In this document: one piece after another, positions 21,401 through 29,746 of the stretch
Numbering within the stretch: the first letter of the stretch is position 1
Layout: each line of letters opens with the position of its first letter
Position numbers and translations under genes: made by a program
Assembly: GCA_031274955.1 (NCBI GenBank)
Contig: JAISPQ010000135.1
Span: 1-51,894 of the forward strand
Source: Rhodanobacter sp.
GTDB taxonomy: Bacteria; Pseudomonadota; Gammaproteobacteria; Xanthomonadales; Rhodanobacteraceae
DNA length: 51,894 bases
Reading direction: 5' to 3'
Notes under the pieces: model-generated
Told to the model about the DNA's origin: nothing
Databases searched by the model: none
Seen by the model: only the letters and a program-made list of their open reading frames with translations

Positions 21401-22322
21401 CGACCAGTCGTTCACCTCGATTCCGCTCGGCAGTACCTGTTCGGTCAGCCAAGGTACCGTACCTGCCACCACCATACCTGCGTATGTCTACGGCACGCCG
21501 CTGATTCCACCCTCGGTTACTGTGCAGACCAACACACCGGTCGTATTGCAGATACAGGATCCGATAACCCTGACGACAGGATCGTTGATAGTCAATGCAA
21601 CCGTCACCGGTGCCGTGGCAGGCTATGTTCCAGGCAGCACGTTCGCTGTTACCGTCACCTGCGACAATGGCGGTCCGACCGAGACACAATTCATCGCCGA
21701 CGGCACCTATTTCATGGTGGCGGGGATTCCGGTCGGGGCGACCTGCGTTATCAGCCAATCCACGCAGCCCGCATCGCAGCAGGGCTACGACTATGGCACG
21801 GTAGAGGTTTCCACTCCCATCCAGATCCTTGCCAATACAACCGTGTCGGCACAGGTGCAAAATCCATTGATCGCCAATGCGGGCAGTTTGACGGTGACCA
21901 AGCAGGTGACCGGCGTGCTCGCCGGCCTGCGTGCGAGTGACACGTTCCCGATCGATGTGCAGTGCAGCGACGGCACCCAGGCTGCGCAAACGCTGAGCAA
22001 TGGCGCAAGTTTCACGATCAATGCGATTGCCGCCGGCGCGGTCTGTACCGTCACCGAAAGCGCCCCGCCAAGAGCGGCGAACGACTATGGCTGGGGGGTG
22101 CCACTGATTCCGCACCTGGCCGCCATGCCGCCTGATGGTAAGCAGACGCTCACCGTGCAAAACCCGCTGGTGTTCTCGCCCTCAGGAATCGTGCCTGCTG
22201 TTGCTATTATTCCTGCGCCCCTACTGGGCCTATCGGTGCTGTTTGTACTGGCCGTTTTGCTCGCCTTGCTGGCTATGTACGGATTGTATCCAGGCATCAA
22301 ACCCAAACCCTACGTTCGATAA
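18441..22322 (+). CDS. Large secreted repeat protein (putative adhesin): signal peptide, Cys-rich head, SpaA/prealbumin-like domain, nine ~100-aa DUF5979-like repeats, C-terminal TM sorting-like tail
   Basis: AGGAGG RBS before the ATG at 18441; repeat consensus GSLTVTKxVTG...GSTFPITVxC...ADG...PxGxxCTVTE...GY...VxNPL; hydrophobic C-terminus with a basic tail. Confidence 0.88.
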   Translation: MTERFGIRYLHLFHFVAGLLLCAVHSSSSAFPANMCPADRFGSNPSCSAADVPLGTLAVNNNVTSCEAGEIVTLDLSLKLELNASTRYDFGTFIALDGKDLKLTSAAGGSAQCAAIPAPLGPPPLIDLNNNDCGDAQATGVATLPLGPIQVLCAPADDGSLKINGLVSWHTNSGSQGTCHDASDLALQNGGSKCSTGTFKDIPVSVLGSVTIKKVTDPSGATQSFSYTVTPPGGAPPVASFSLTDETSKNFTTQALKSVPSTYTVTETLDPNWPVTSIECVDTATSKPITPLSVDRGAGSVSLDMSPTLSEVTCTYTNQQRNSFNVTKHVTGEKSGYVDGSTFPITVACTDTNGSLVSSVSESVADGGTITVTDLAPGVTCTASEDPNNLPAPKNGYRYGPSELVTVNTGTAVAVEIHNPLSADPGSVRVTKQVVDLTRAGYIPSSTFDITITCTDDSATPATAQTLTQSIADGGSFTLSGVPAGAHCSVSEPPDTPAARAVGYSFEQIVPAPVDMPAGGLLDFTIVNRLVPPPGSLTVTKRVTGAVAGYVAGSTFPINVDCSDGSGTAEQLADGQSTTIKDIAAGALCHITEGTPPPAASGYAYDKPILPADVTIAPGGAQTVTVENPLIANPHSLTVVKKVTGATAGYEPGSVFAITVACDNGGPTQTGAIVDGGSFTVDNIPSSATCTVTEDKGTLPAPKPGYTYGTPVLPPPVGNLLPGGLSWVEVQNPLTANPGSLTITKHVTGATPGYNLGSLFAITVACDNGGPTVTQSIADGGSFTVSAIPAGSTCTTTESAPPAPKTGYTYGNAVLPAAVTMAPGGTPSQIVLNPLRANPGSLIVTEQVIGPGYLPGSTFPITVSCSDGTVETWPFVDGESFEVRPIRAGATCYITQGELPPTSDLSYEYDIPILPAPVTTIPSEQVSVTVKNPLRQSTAELTAGVIVTGHTAGYVPGSTFPITVNCVDASNVPVTGFPRLINLVDGADQSFTSIPLGSTCSVSQGTVPATTIPAYVYGTPLIPPSVTVQTNTPVVLQIQDPITLTTGSLIVNATVTGAVAGYVPGSTFAVTVTCDNGGPTETQFIADGTYFMVAGIPVGATCVISQSTQPASQQGYDYGTVEVSTPIQILANTTVSAQVQNPLIANAGSLTVTKQVTGVLAGLRASDTFPIDVQCSDGTQAAQTLSNGASFTINAIAAGAVCTVTESAPPRAANDYGWGVPLIPHLAAMPPDGKQTLTVQNPLVFSPSGIVPAVAIIPAPLLGLSVLFVLAVLLALLAMYGLYPGIKPKPYVR

Positions 22323-22381
22323 ATACGAACGGTTATGGTGGGCTATACGCCGCCCAGGATGATGAAAGCGTGGCTTCCCCC

Positions 22382-22432
22382 CTCTCCCGCCTGCGGGAGA
22401 GCGAGGGCCGGGGTGAAGCCACGTGCGGGTGA
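22382..22432. repeat. REP-like palindrome
   Basis: CTCTCCCGCCTGCGGGAGAG followed by GGGCCGGGGTGA, similar to the palindromes at 18085 and 48176-48296. Confidence 0.7.
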
Positions 22433-22485
22433 GGCAAAGCCTGTCCCTTCACGCTACGCGGGCAGCGCCTGCCGCTTCCCATGCA

Positions 22486-24147
22486 TCAATCGCGTGCGGG
22501 ATACAGCGCCGGCAAGGCCGATACCTCGGTGTGGGCGGCCGAGTGATCGTGCCAGGCAAATCCGGGTTTGAACGCGCGCTCCAGGCGCATCGCCAGACCT
22601 TCGCAGGCCGCGCCCGCATACCGCGCCCGCTGCGTATCGGCCAGCGTTTCGCGCTGCGTGGAATCGGCGAGCCGTTCGGCCAATTCGCCGAGGTTGCGCA
22701 CATCGCCGCGCTCGGCCTTCGCCCACGCAACCAGCGCACGCTCGGCGCCGGCGAGATCGCCCAGCGCGCAGGCACGCAGGAAAGCCGCGCGTTGCCCGGA
22801 GGTATCCACACGCGCGTTCGATGCTGCCGACACCGGCGGACGCCGCCGCCGCCAGTACAGCGCCAGCGTCGCCAGCCATAGCGCAAAGCCCAGCATCGTC
22901 AGCGCCTGCCAGACCCGCACAGACCCCGTCGGCATGAATGAGGGCGCCGACACATCCGATACCTCCGGCGCGGCGGCGGCCGTACCGACCGCGGGCAATA
23001 CGCGCACAGTACGCGGCGGCAATTCGGCGGTTTCGGCGCGATCGTGCACGGTATCCCACCAGCGCACGCGCAGACCGGGAATCGTCAGCGTGCCCGCGCG
23101 TTGCGGAACGAATGCGAACTTGCGGGCGCGCTCACCGTACAACCACAGGCCATCGTCACGTGTGTGTGCGTCGGCCTTGTCGGGATACATCTGCACACCG
23201 TCCGGTGCGGCGAGATTCAACTCGGGCAGTTGCTCGAAACCCAGACCTTGCGCTTGCAGACGGATCGCCCGCGTGACCGGATCGCCGACATGGACCTCGG
23301 CCGGCCACGTGCTTTCGTCCCTGAGCTGGAGCGAGGCGGCAGGCAGCCAGGGCCCTTCCGTCCATTGCGCGGGTTTGGCCTTCACATCGAGCTTCACTGG
23401 CTCCGAGCGTGCGCTGACATTGCGGCCACGGTTGAAAACACCGCTGGGATCGGTGACATCCGGCACATTGCCGAGATAGACGATCGCGGGAATCGTCAGG
23501 GCGCCGCTGCGTTCGGGCGTGAGCACATAATGGCGTTCGACGACGCGATAGCGGCGTTCGCCGACGGTCGTGACATACATCTTGTCCTGCCCCAGCCGCT
23601 GCACACCGATGCCGTCGGCTTGCGGCTCGGTCAGGCTGCCGTTGCCGCCGGGCAGGTCGAAAGCGAAATGCAGTTTTATCGTGTACTGTACCTGCTGCTG
23701 CACATAGGGCGTCAGCGGTTCGGCGGAAACTTCCAGAAACGCATCGCCACCCTGTTTCGCCGCGCCGGTTTCGGCGGCGAGTACGTTGAGCCGGATCGGT
23801 GCGGTCTTTTCGTTGCCGACCGTGATCGGCCCGACCGTGATGTTGCCTTCGTGTTTGGGTTCCAGGCCAACGGCCCACAGCGTTTTCGCGCTGTGCGCGC
23901 CGTTGCTGATAGTGTTCTGCTGGCTGAACTGCGTGCCGGTCAGTTCGAAATCCTGTGTGAGCGCGGTGAAATCCGGCTGCGCATCGCTGCTGCCGTCGAC
24001 TTCCACATTCAGTATGACGGTTTCCCCGAGTCGTATCGTGTCGCGATCGAACCACGCACGCACGCCGGCCGCGTGCACGGTCGCCGCCGATAGGACGAGC
24101 GCGAGCGCCATGAACATCGCCCATGCCATGCGCGATTTCGGCATCAT
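22486..24147 (-). CDS. batD: BatD-family protein
   Basis: Signal peptide, DRDTIRLGET, PYVQQQV, WLPAASL, VGDPVTR, YPD motifs and a late TM helix; last gene of the moxR-VWA cluster. Confidence 0.85.
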   Translation of the reverse strand: MMPKSRMAWAMFMALALVLSAATVHAAGVRAWFDRDTIRLGETVILNVEVDGSSDAQPDFTALTQDFELTGTQFSQQNTISNGAHSAKTLWAVGLEPKHEGNITVGPITVGNEKTAPIRLNVLAAETGAAKQGGDAFLEVSAEPLTPYVQQQVQYTIKLHFAFDLPGGNGSLTEPQADGIGVQRLGQDKMYVTTVGERRYRVVERHYVLTPERSGALTIPAIVYLGNVPDVTDPSGVFNRGRNVSARSEPVKLDVKAKPAQWTEGPWLPAASLQLRDESTWPAEVHVGDPVTRAIRLQAQGLGFEQLPELNLAAPDGVQMYPDKADAHTRDDGLWLYGERARKFAFVPQRAGTLTIPGLRVRWWDTVHDRAETAELPPRTVRVLPAVGTAAAAPEVSDVSAPSFMPTGSVRVWQALTMLGFALWLATLALYWRRRRPPVSAASNARVDTSGQRAAFLRACALGDLAGAERALVAWAKAERGDVRNLGELAERLADSTQRETLADTQRARYAGAACEGLAMRLERAFKPGFAWHDHSAAHTEVSALPALYPARD

Positions 24148-26189
24148 GATCCATTTCCTCCGCCATTCTGCCGGCGCTGGTATTCGAGCTGGAATTTCCG
24201 CCGCAGCAAACCGCCCGGATCGTCGGGCACGCGTTGCAGCATGTGCTCCAGCACCTGCTGTTTCTCGCGCGTGGCTTCTTCTTTCCGGACCACCGCCGAC
24301 TGCGCCTGTGCAGCTTTCTGCGCGGCAGCCTGCTGGCCGTCCGCGAGCGCCTTGTCGATCGATTGCGCGAGCGCCTTCTGCTGTTCCGCATCCGGTTTGG
24401 CCGTATTCGATGGTACGGCGCCGTTCTGTGCGGTCTCGTCCTTATCGGATGCGGATTGAGCGCTCTTGGGTTTTTCGCCTTTTTGCTTTTCGTCCGCCGA
24501 AGCGTTTTGTTTTGCGTTTTGTTCCCCATTCTCCGCGCCGGATGAATCCTGCGCGCCCTGCTGCTGTTCGTTCTGTTGCTGTCCGCTTTGCTGCTGTCCG
24601 CTTTGCTGCTGCCCGCCCTGCTGTTGCCCGTCTTGCTGCTGACCGCTTTGTTGCTGACCGCTTTGTTGCTGACCGTCCTGCTGTTGTCCGTCTTGCTGCT
24701 GCCCGTCCTGTTGCTGACCGCCCTGCTGCTGACCGTCCTTTTGTTGCCCGTCCTGCTTGTCCCCCTGCTGCGCAGCGTTCTTGTCGTTCTTCGCGGAGTT
24801 CTGTTGCTGTTGCTGCTTGAGGAAATCCTCGACCACTTTGCGATTGGCTTGCGCATCCTCCATGTCCGGCGCCTGTTTGAGCGCCTCATCATAGGCGGCG
24901 ATCGCTTCTTCGTAGCGCCCCTGTTTCGCCAGCGCATTGCCCTTGTTGTAGGCGCCATCCGCGCCGGGCATCTGTGCGTAATCACCCGCCGCCGCCGCAT
25001 AGTCGCCATTCTTGTAGGCGGCGCTGGCGCGCCATTCGGGCGAAGAGGCGACCGCCGCTGCGGACTGGGCATCGCCGGCGGCCAGCGCCTTGGCGGCCTG
25101 TTGATCGGGCCGCTGCCACAGATCGGCCAAGGTCGCCGCGCGCGCGGGATGCGCCGCCGGCGCCATCACGGCCAGCGCGACGAGCATCAGCCAGCCGCGG
25201 CGGAATCCGAACAGGGCCAGCGGAACCAGCACCAGCAGCAGCCACGGGCCGCGATCACGCCAGCGCCCGCTCTGCGCCTGCCCATCGGACCCCGTGTCGC
25301 TCGCCCTATCGCCTGCCACGCGCTCTGCGAGCAGCAGATCCAGATCACGGCTGTCCACGCTGCTCAAGCCCGCATAGCGGCCGCCGCCGGCTTCGGCAAC
25401 GGCTTGCAAGGCCGCCGCATCCACACGCGGGATCAGCATATTGCCGGCTTGATCCTTCAGAAAACCGCCGTGTTCGAGCGTCACCGGCGCACCGCTTGCA
25501 CTGCCCACACCGAGCACGGAAACCGTGAATCCACGCGCGCGTGCCTTGTTCGCCGCAGTCGCCGCGTCGGCGCTCACGCCGTCGGCAATCAACAGGATGT
25601 CGCCGCGATGCTGGCCGGACTGTTCGATGAGATTCGCTGCGGCCTCGATCGCCGCCGCCGTCGCGTTGCCGGCAATCGGCATCGTGCCCGGATCAAGCGC
25701 ATCCACGAGATTGCGCACGGTGGCCACATCGTCGGTCAGCGGCGCGACGACGAACGCGGCGCCGGCATAGCCGATCAGTGCGGTCTGCGCATCGCGGCTG
25801 CGCGCGAGGATATCGTCGATCTTGTAACGCGCGCGTGCGAGACGGCTGGGCTTTTCGTCCACCGCCAGCATGGTCGGCGCAAGCTCCAGCGCGATCACAC
25901 GCACGGCCTCGTTGCGATACAGCGGCATCGATTCACGCTCCCAGGCCGGCCCGGCCAGCGCGATGCAGGCCAGTGTCCACAACACTGCGGCCAGCACGCT
26001 GCCGCCGCGCGCGGGCGCGTCATCGACGCGCTCGATCAGATACGGCAGCAGATGCGCATCGACCACGGCGTGCCATGCACCGGCATCCGTGTGCCCCCGC
26101 CGCCAGAGCAGCCAGAACAGCGGCAGCGCCGCTATCAGCAGCAAGGCCAGCGGACGCAGAAAATGGAATTCCGTCAGGGCGTGCATCAT
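24144..26189 (-). CDS. VWA + TPR membrane protein with a Gln-rich tail (BatB/C-like)
   Basis: FHFLRP, LAGPAW, PSRLARA, PLTDD, YNKGNALAKQGRYEEAIAAY and VPDDPGGLLRRKF; start overlaps the upstream VWA stop. Confidence 0.9.
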   Translation of the reverse strand: MMHALTEFHFLRPLALLLIAALPLFWLLWRRGHTDAGAWHAVVDAHLLPYLIERVDDAPARGGSVLAAVLWTLACIALAGPAWERESMPLYRNEAVRVIALELAPTMLAVDEKPSRLARARYKIDDILARSRDAQTALIGYAGAAFVVAPLTDDVATVRNLVDALDPGTMPIAGNATAAAIEAAANLIEQSGQHRGDILLIADGVSADAATAANKARARGFTVSVLGVGSASGAPVTLEHGGFLKDQAGNMLIPRVDAAALQAVAEAGGGRYAGLSSVDSRDLDLLLAERVAGDRASDTGSDGQAQSGRWRDRGPWLLLVLVPLALFGFRRGWLMLVALAVMAPAAHPARAATLADLWQRPDQQAAKALAAGDAQSAAAVASSPEWRASAAYKNGDYAAAAGDYAQMPGADGAYNKGNALAKQGRYEEAIAAYDEALKQAPDMEDAQANRKVVEDFLKQQQQQNSAKNDKNAAQQGDKQDGQQKDGQQQGGQQQDGQQQDGQQQDGQQQSGQQQSGQQQDGQQQGGQQQSGQQQSGQQQNEQQQGAQDSSGAENGEQNAKQNASADEKQKGEKPKSAQSASDKDETAQNGAVPSNTAKPDAEQQKALAQSIDKALADGQQAAAQKAAQAQSAVVRKEEATREKQQVLEHMLQRVPDDPGGLLRRKFQLEYQRRQNGGGNGS
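24560..24772 (-). repeat. 15-nt coding tandem repeat, QQQ[D/S/G]G-type units
   Basis: About a dozen imperfect 15-nt units such as CAGCAGCAAAGCGGA and CAGCAACAGGACGGG. Confidence 0.85.
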
Positions 26190-27193
26190 GTGGGCACGCT
26201 CTGGCGCGCGCGCGCACGCGCCACCGGCAGCAGGAAAGCACAGGCGACCGCCACCAATGCACCGGCGAGCGGCCACCAGAACAGTTCGTCGACCGGACGC
26301 AGGTTTTGCGTGGTGTCGGCGATCGGTTCGAGCTGATCGAACGCGCGATAGGCCTCGGCCAGATCCGCGCTGTTGCGCGCGCGGAAATAACGGCCACCGG
26401 TTTTCTGTGCCATTTCGCTCAGCATTTTTTCGTCGAGATCGGCAGAAGGATTGACGACGCGCGACGTCCCCATCGGACCATTGATGCGCAGGGTGTCCGC
26501 ACCGATACCCAGCGTATAGATGCGCACGTGATTTTCTGCGGCCAGTTCAATCGCCTTGTTCGGATCGAGCTCGCCGGAGTTGTTTGCGCCGTCGGTCATC
26601 AGCACGAGCACGCGCTGCTGCTGCGGACGATCGCGCAGACGCTTCACCGCCAAGCCAACGGCGTCGCCGATGGCCGTCCTTTCGGCTCCGGCCAGACCGA
26701 TGCTCGCCTCTTGGAGTTGCTTATCGACGGTCTTCAGATCGAACGTGAGCGGAACCAGCAGATACGCATTCATGCCGAACATGAGTAGCCCGACGCGATC
26801 GCCGGTGCGGCGCCGGATGAAATCCGCACCAATCGCCTGGATCGCGGAAAAACGCGGTGCGGGCCGATTGCCCAGTTGCATGTCTTCGATGCCCATGCTG
26901 CCGGAAGTATCCACCGCGAGCAGCAGGTCGCGCCCCGAACGCGGCACGTCTTGCGCTTGCCCCACCCACTGCGGGCGCGCAGCGGCGCACACCAGCAAGG
27001 CCCAGGCCAGCAGCGCGAACCCACGGCGCAGCCACGGGACGGCGGAAACGTTCGCCTGCTCGGGCAACGCAACCCCCAAGTGCGGCAGATGCAGCGCGGC
27101 GCTCGCCAGGCCACGCGCGCGCGGCAACACCCACGCTGCGACGAACGGCAACGGCAGCGCGATCAGCAGCCACGGCCAAGCCACTTCAACCAC
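26186..27193 (-). CDS. VWA domain protein (BatA-like)
   Basis: MIDAS motif DTSGSM, GDRVGL, TAIGDAVG, LMTDGANNSG; GTG start. Confidence 0.9.
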   Translation of the reverse strand: MVEVAWPWLLIALPLPFVAAWVLPRARGLASAALHLPHLGVALPEQANVSAVPWLRRGFALLAWALLVCAAARPQWVGQAQDVPRSGRDLLLAVDTSGSMGIEDMQLGNRPAPRFSAIQAIGADFIRRRTGDRVGLLMFGMNAYLLVPLTFDLKTVDKQLQEASIGLAGAERTAIGDAVGLAVKRLRDRPQQQRVLVLMTDGANNSGELDPNKAIELAAENHVRIYTLGIGADTLRINGPMGTSRVVNPSADLDEKMLSEMAQKTGGRYFRARNSADLAEAYRAFDQLEPIADTTQNLRPVDELFWWPLAGALVAVACAFLLPVARARARQSVPT

Positions 27194-27692
27194 GGCGGCG
27201 TCCCTTCTTCAGTGTCGCGTCGAGCCACGCACGCGCGAGTGCGAGCAAGGCAGGTGCATCGACATCTACGCCCGGATCGTTCGCACGGCGAAACGGCGCG
27301 TCGAGCAAGGCGCGCCCGGCGCCACGGCGGAAGGACGCCGCGGTTTCACTCGACGCCGGAAGCTGGCGATCCAGAAAATCGAGCCAGGCTTCATCACGCA
27401 AGGCCGCGGCATGTGGTTCGACCAACAATGAGGCGCGTCTCAACAGGTGCGATACCTGTGTCGTCAGACGCACGGGATCGGGCTGCGCCGCATGCGCGGC
27501 CGCGATGCGCTCCAGTTCTGCGCACACACGGGCACGCCAGCGCCGTTCGCGCAACCGGCGAACCGACACATGGACGGCCCATGCGAGCACTGCGCAGCCG
27601 ATCAGCGCCAGCAACCACCAGCCCGGCGCCGGCGGCCACCAGGATGGCGCCGGCGGCAGATGGATATCGCGCAGTTCCGGGCCAGGATTCAT
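27186..27692 (-). CDS. DUF4381-like protein
   Basis: LRDIHLPPAPSWWPPAPGWW signature. Confidence 0.88.
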   Translation of the reverse strand: MNPGPELRDIHLPPAPSWWPPAPGWWLLALIGCAVLAWAVHVSVRRLRERRWRARVCAELERIAAAHAAQPDPVRLTTQVSHLLRRASLLVEPHAAALRDEAWLDFLDRQLPASSETAASFRRGAGRALLDAPFRRANDPGVDVDAPALLALARAWLDATLKKGRRRG

Positions 27693-28618
27693 GCGACCAC
27701 CGTCGAACGGCCACGCGCGAGCATAGGCCACAGCGCACGGCGCAGGTCCGCATGCGCATCCAGATCCAGGACGCGGATGCCGAGCTTCGCGCATTGGCCG
27801 CGCAAACCCTCGCGCGCGGTGGCGAAGCGTTCCGTCCACGCCTTGCGCACACCGGCATTGGAGAAATCCAGAACGCGCCGCGTATTGCCCAGATGCACCG
27901 TGTAGCGATCCGGCGGCGGCGGGGCGATCTCGAGCGCGTCGCGCAGCAGCACGACCGCGATCTCGTGACGCCCGGCAATCTGCGGAAGGCTCTCGGCCGC
28001 GGCGGCGTCGGCGCTGAAGCCATCCGTCAGCAAGACCAGACGCATGCCGGGTTTCAACAAGCGGCGCACGCGCGCGAGCGCGCTCGACAGGGGCGCCTGG
28101 ATATGTACATCGGCAGATGCATCCCAATCGCGGATCGCGCGTAGCGCATGCAGCACGCCGCGGCGTCCGCCCGCGGGTTTCACTTCGCCGTCGATGCCGC
28201 CGCCAAAACCCAGAGCACCGACCCGATCACCGGCTGCATTGGCCATCCATGCCAGCAACGCGGCCGCGCGCGCGGCTTGTACGCTCTTGAAGCGCACACG
28301 CGTGCCAAAGCGCATGCCGGGGTTGAAATCCAGCGCCAGCAGCAGACCTTGTTCGCGTTCTTCCTCGAACAGTTTCGTATGCGCCTTGCCGCTGCGCGCG
28401 GTGACGCGCCAATCCATGTGCCGGATCTCGTCACCCGGCTGGTAGATGCGCGATTCGCGAAAATCGACGCCGCGCCCGCGCCAGCGCGAACTGCTGACGC
28501 CGGTCCGCAGCGCAGGGCTGCGCCGGCTGCGCGCCAGGCTCGCGCCCTGCGCGACGGCGCTGAGCGCGATCAGCTCATCGAGCGCGACGCGCGTGGCGTT
28601 GGAAGCTGTTGAAGACAT
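27689..28618 (-). CDS. DUF58 family protein
   Basis: GRGVDFRESRIYQPGDEIRHMDWRVTAR...KLFEEERE. Confidence 0.92.
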   Translation of the reverse strand: MSSTASNATRVALDELIALSAVAQGASLARSRRSPALRTGVSSSRWRGRGVDFRESRIYQPGDEIRHMDWRVTARSGKAHTKLFEEEREQGLLLALDFNPGMRFGTRVRFKSVQAARAAALLAWMANAAGDRVGALGFGGGIDGEVKPAGGRRGVLHALRAIRDWDASADVHIQAPLSSALARVRRLLKPGMRLVLLTDGFSADAAAAESLPQIAGRHEIAVVLLRDALEIAPPPPDRYTVHLGNTRRVLDFSNAGVRKAWTERFATAREGLRGQCAKLGIRVLDLDAHADLRRALWPMLARGRSTVVA

Positions 28619-28634
28619 GACGGAAATCAGGTCC

Positions 28635-29615
28635 TCACGGTAGAGGAACGCGCTCGAGCAGTGCCGCGATCACCTTGTCGGCGCCGACGCCTTCGGCTTC
28701 GGCCTCGTAGCTCAACAGCACGCGATGCCGCAGCACATCGGCGGCGATCGCGTGCACGTCTTCGGGAGTGACAAAATCGCGCCCCGCGAGCCATGCATGC
28801 GCACGCGCGCAGCGGTCGAGCGCGATGGTGCCACGCGGACTCGCGCCGAAAGCGACATAGCGTGCGAGTTCGGCACCGAACGGTGCGGGATCGCGCGTGG
28901 CAAGCACGAGTTGGACCAGATAATCCTCCAGTTGCGGCGCCAGATGCAGCGCGAGCACCTCCGAACGCGCGGCGAAAATCTGCTGCTGGCTCAATAACCG
29001 CTGTGGCACGGACGTTGCGGTGAGCGCCGCGCGCGCGCGTTCGCGAGCGAGCTGCAAGATCGCCGCTTCCGCCGCCGCATTGGGATAGTCGACGCGCACG
29101 TGCAGGAGAAAGCGATCGAGCTGCGCTTCGGGCAGCGGATACGTGCCTTCCTGCTCGATCGGGTTCTGCGTCGCCATCACGAGAAACAGCGCGGGCAGCG
29201 CAAACGTCTCGCGGCCGACCGTGATCTGCCGCTCGCCCATCGCTTCCAACAGTGCGGACTGCACCTTTGCCGGTGCACGGTTCACCTCGTCGGCAAGAAT
29301 CAGGTTGTGGAAGATCGGGCCGCGCTGGAACTCGAAACTCGCGGTCTGCGGGCGATAGATCTCGGTGCCTGTCAGATCGGCGGGTAACAGGTCCGGCGTG
29401 AACTGGACGCGATGGAAATCGGCCTCGATACGTGCGGCGAGTTCCTTGATCGCCGTGGTCTTGGCCAGACCCGGAGCGCCTTCGACCAGCAGATGCCCGT
29501 CGGCGAGCAAGGCGATCAGCAGGCGGTCGATCAGCGATTCCTGACCGATGATGCACTGGCGAAGTTCGGTCTGCAGTGCGGAAAAAGCGGCGGATGCCGT
29601 GGTGGATTCGGGCAT
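28635..29615 (-). CDS. moxR: MoxR-family AAA+ ATPase
   Basis: LLVEGAPGLAKT, RVQFTPDLLPAD, LADEVNRAPAKVQSALLEAM, ATQNPIEQEGTYPLPEAQLDRF. Confidence 0.95.
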   Translation of the reverse strand: MPESTTASAAFSALQTELRQCIIGQESLIDRLLIALLADGHLLVEGAPGLAKTTAIKELAARIEADFHRVQFTPDLLPADLTGTEIYRPQTASFEFQRGPIFHNLILADEVNRAPAKVQSALLEAMGERQITVGRETFALPALFLVMATQNPIEQEGTYPLPEAQLDRFLLHVRVDYPNAAAEAAILQLARERARAALTATSVPQRLLSQQQIFAARSEVLALHLAPQLEDYLVQLVLATRDPAPFGAELARYVAFGASPRGTIALDRCARAHAWLAGRDFVTPEDVHAIAADVLRHRVLLSYEAEAEGVGADKVIAALLERVPLP

Positions 29616-29746
29616 GTTGTAGGGTTCGGTTGGGGTTTGGGTAATGATCGCACGCGAGCGGGTGTGGGCAGGAGTCTGTACACGGGAAACCGCTCAAGCC
29701 CGAGCTCAAAGACAACGCCGAACACCGAAAGTTTTCTAATAGCTTC

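Noticed and set aside
19404-22170. Periodic DNA similarity resembling an array
   Set aside because: These are ~300-nt coding domain repeats, not CRISPR repeats with spacers; no cas genes are present
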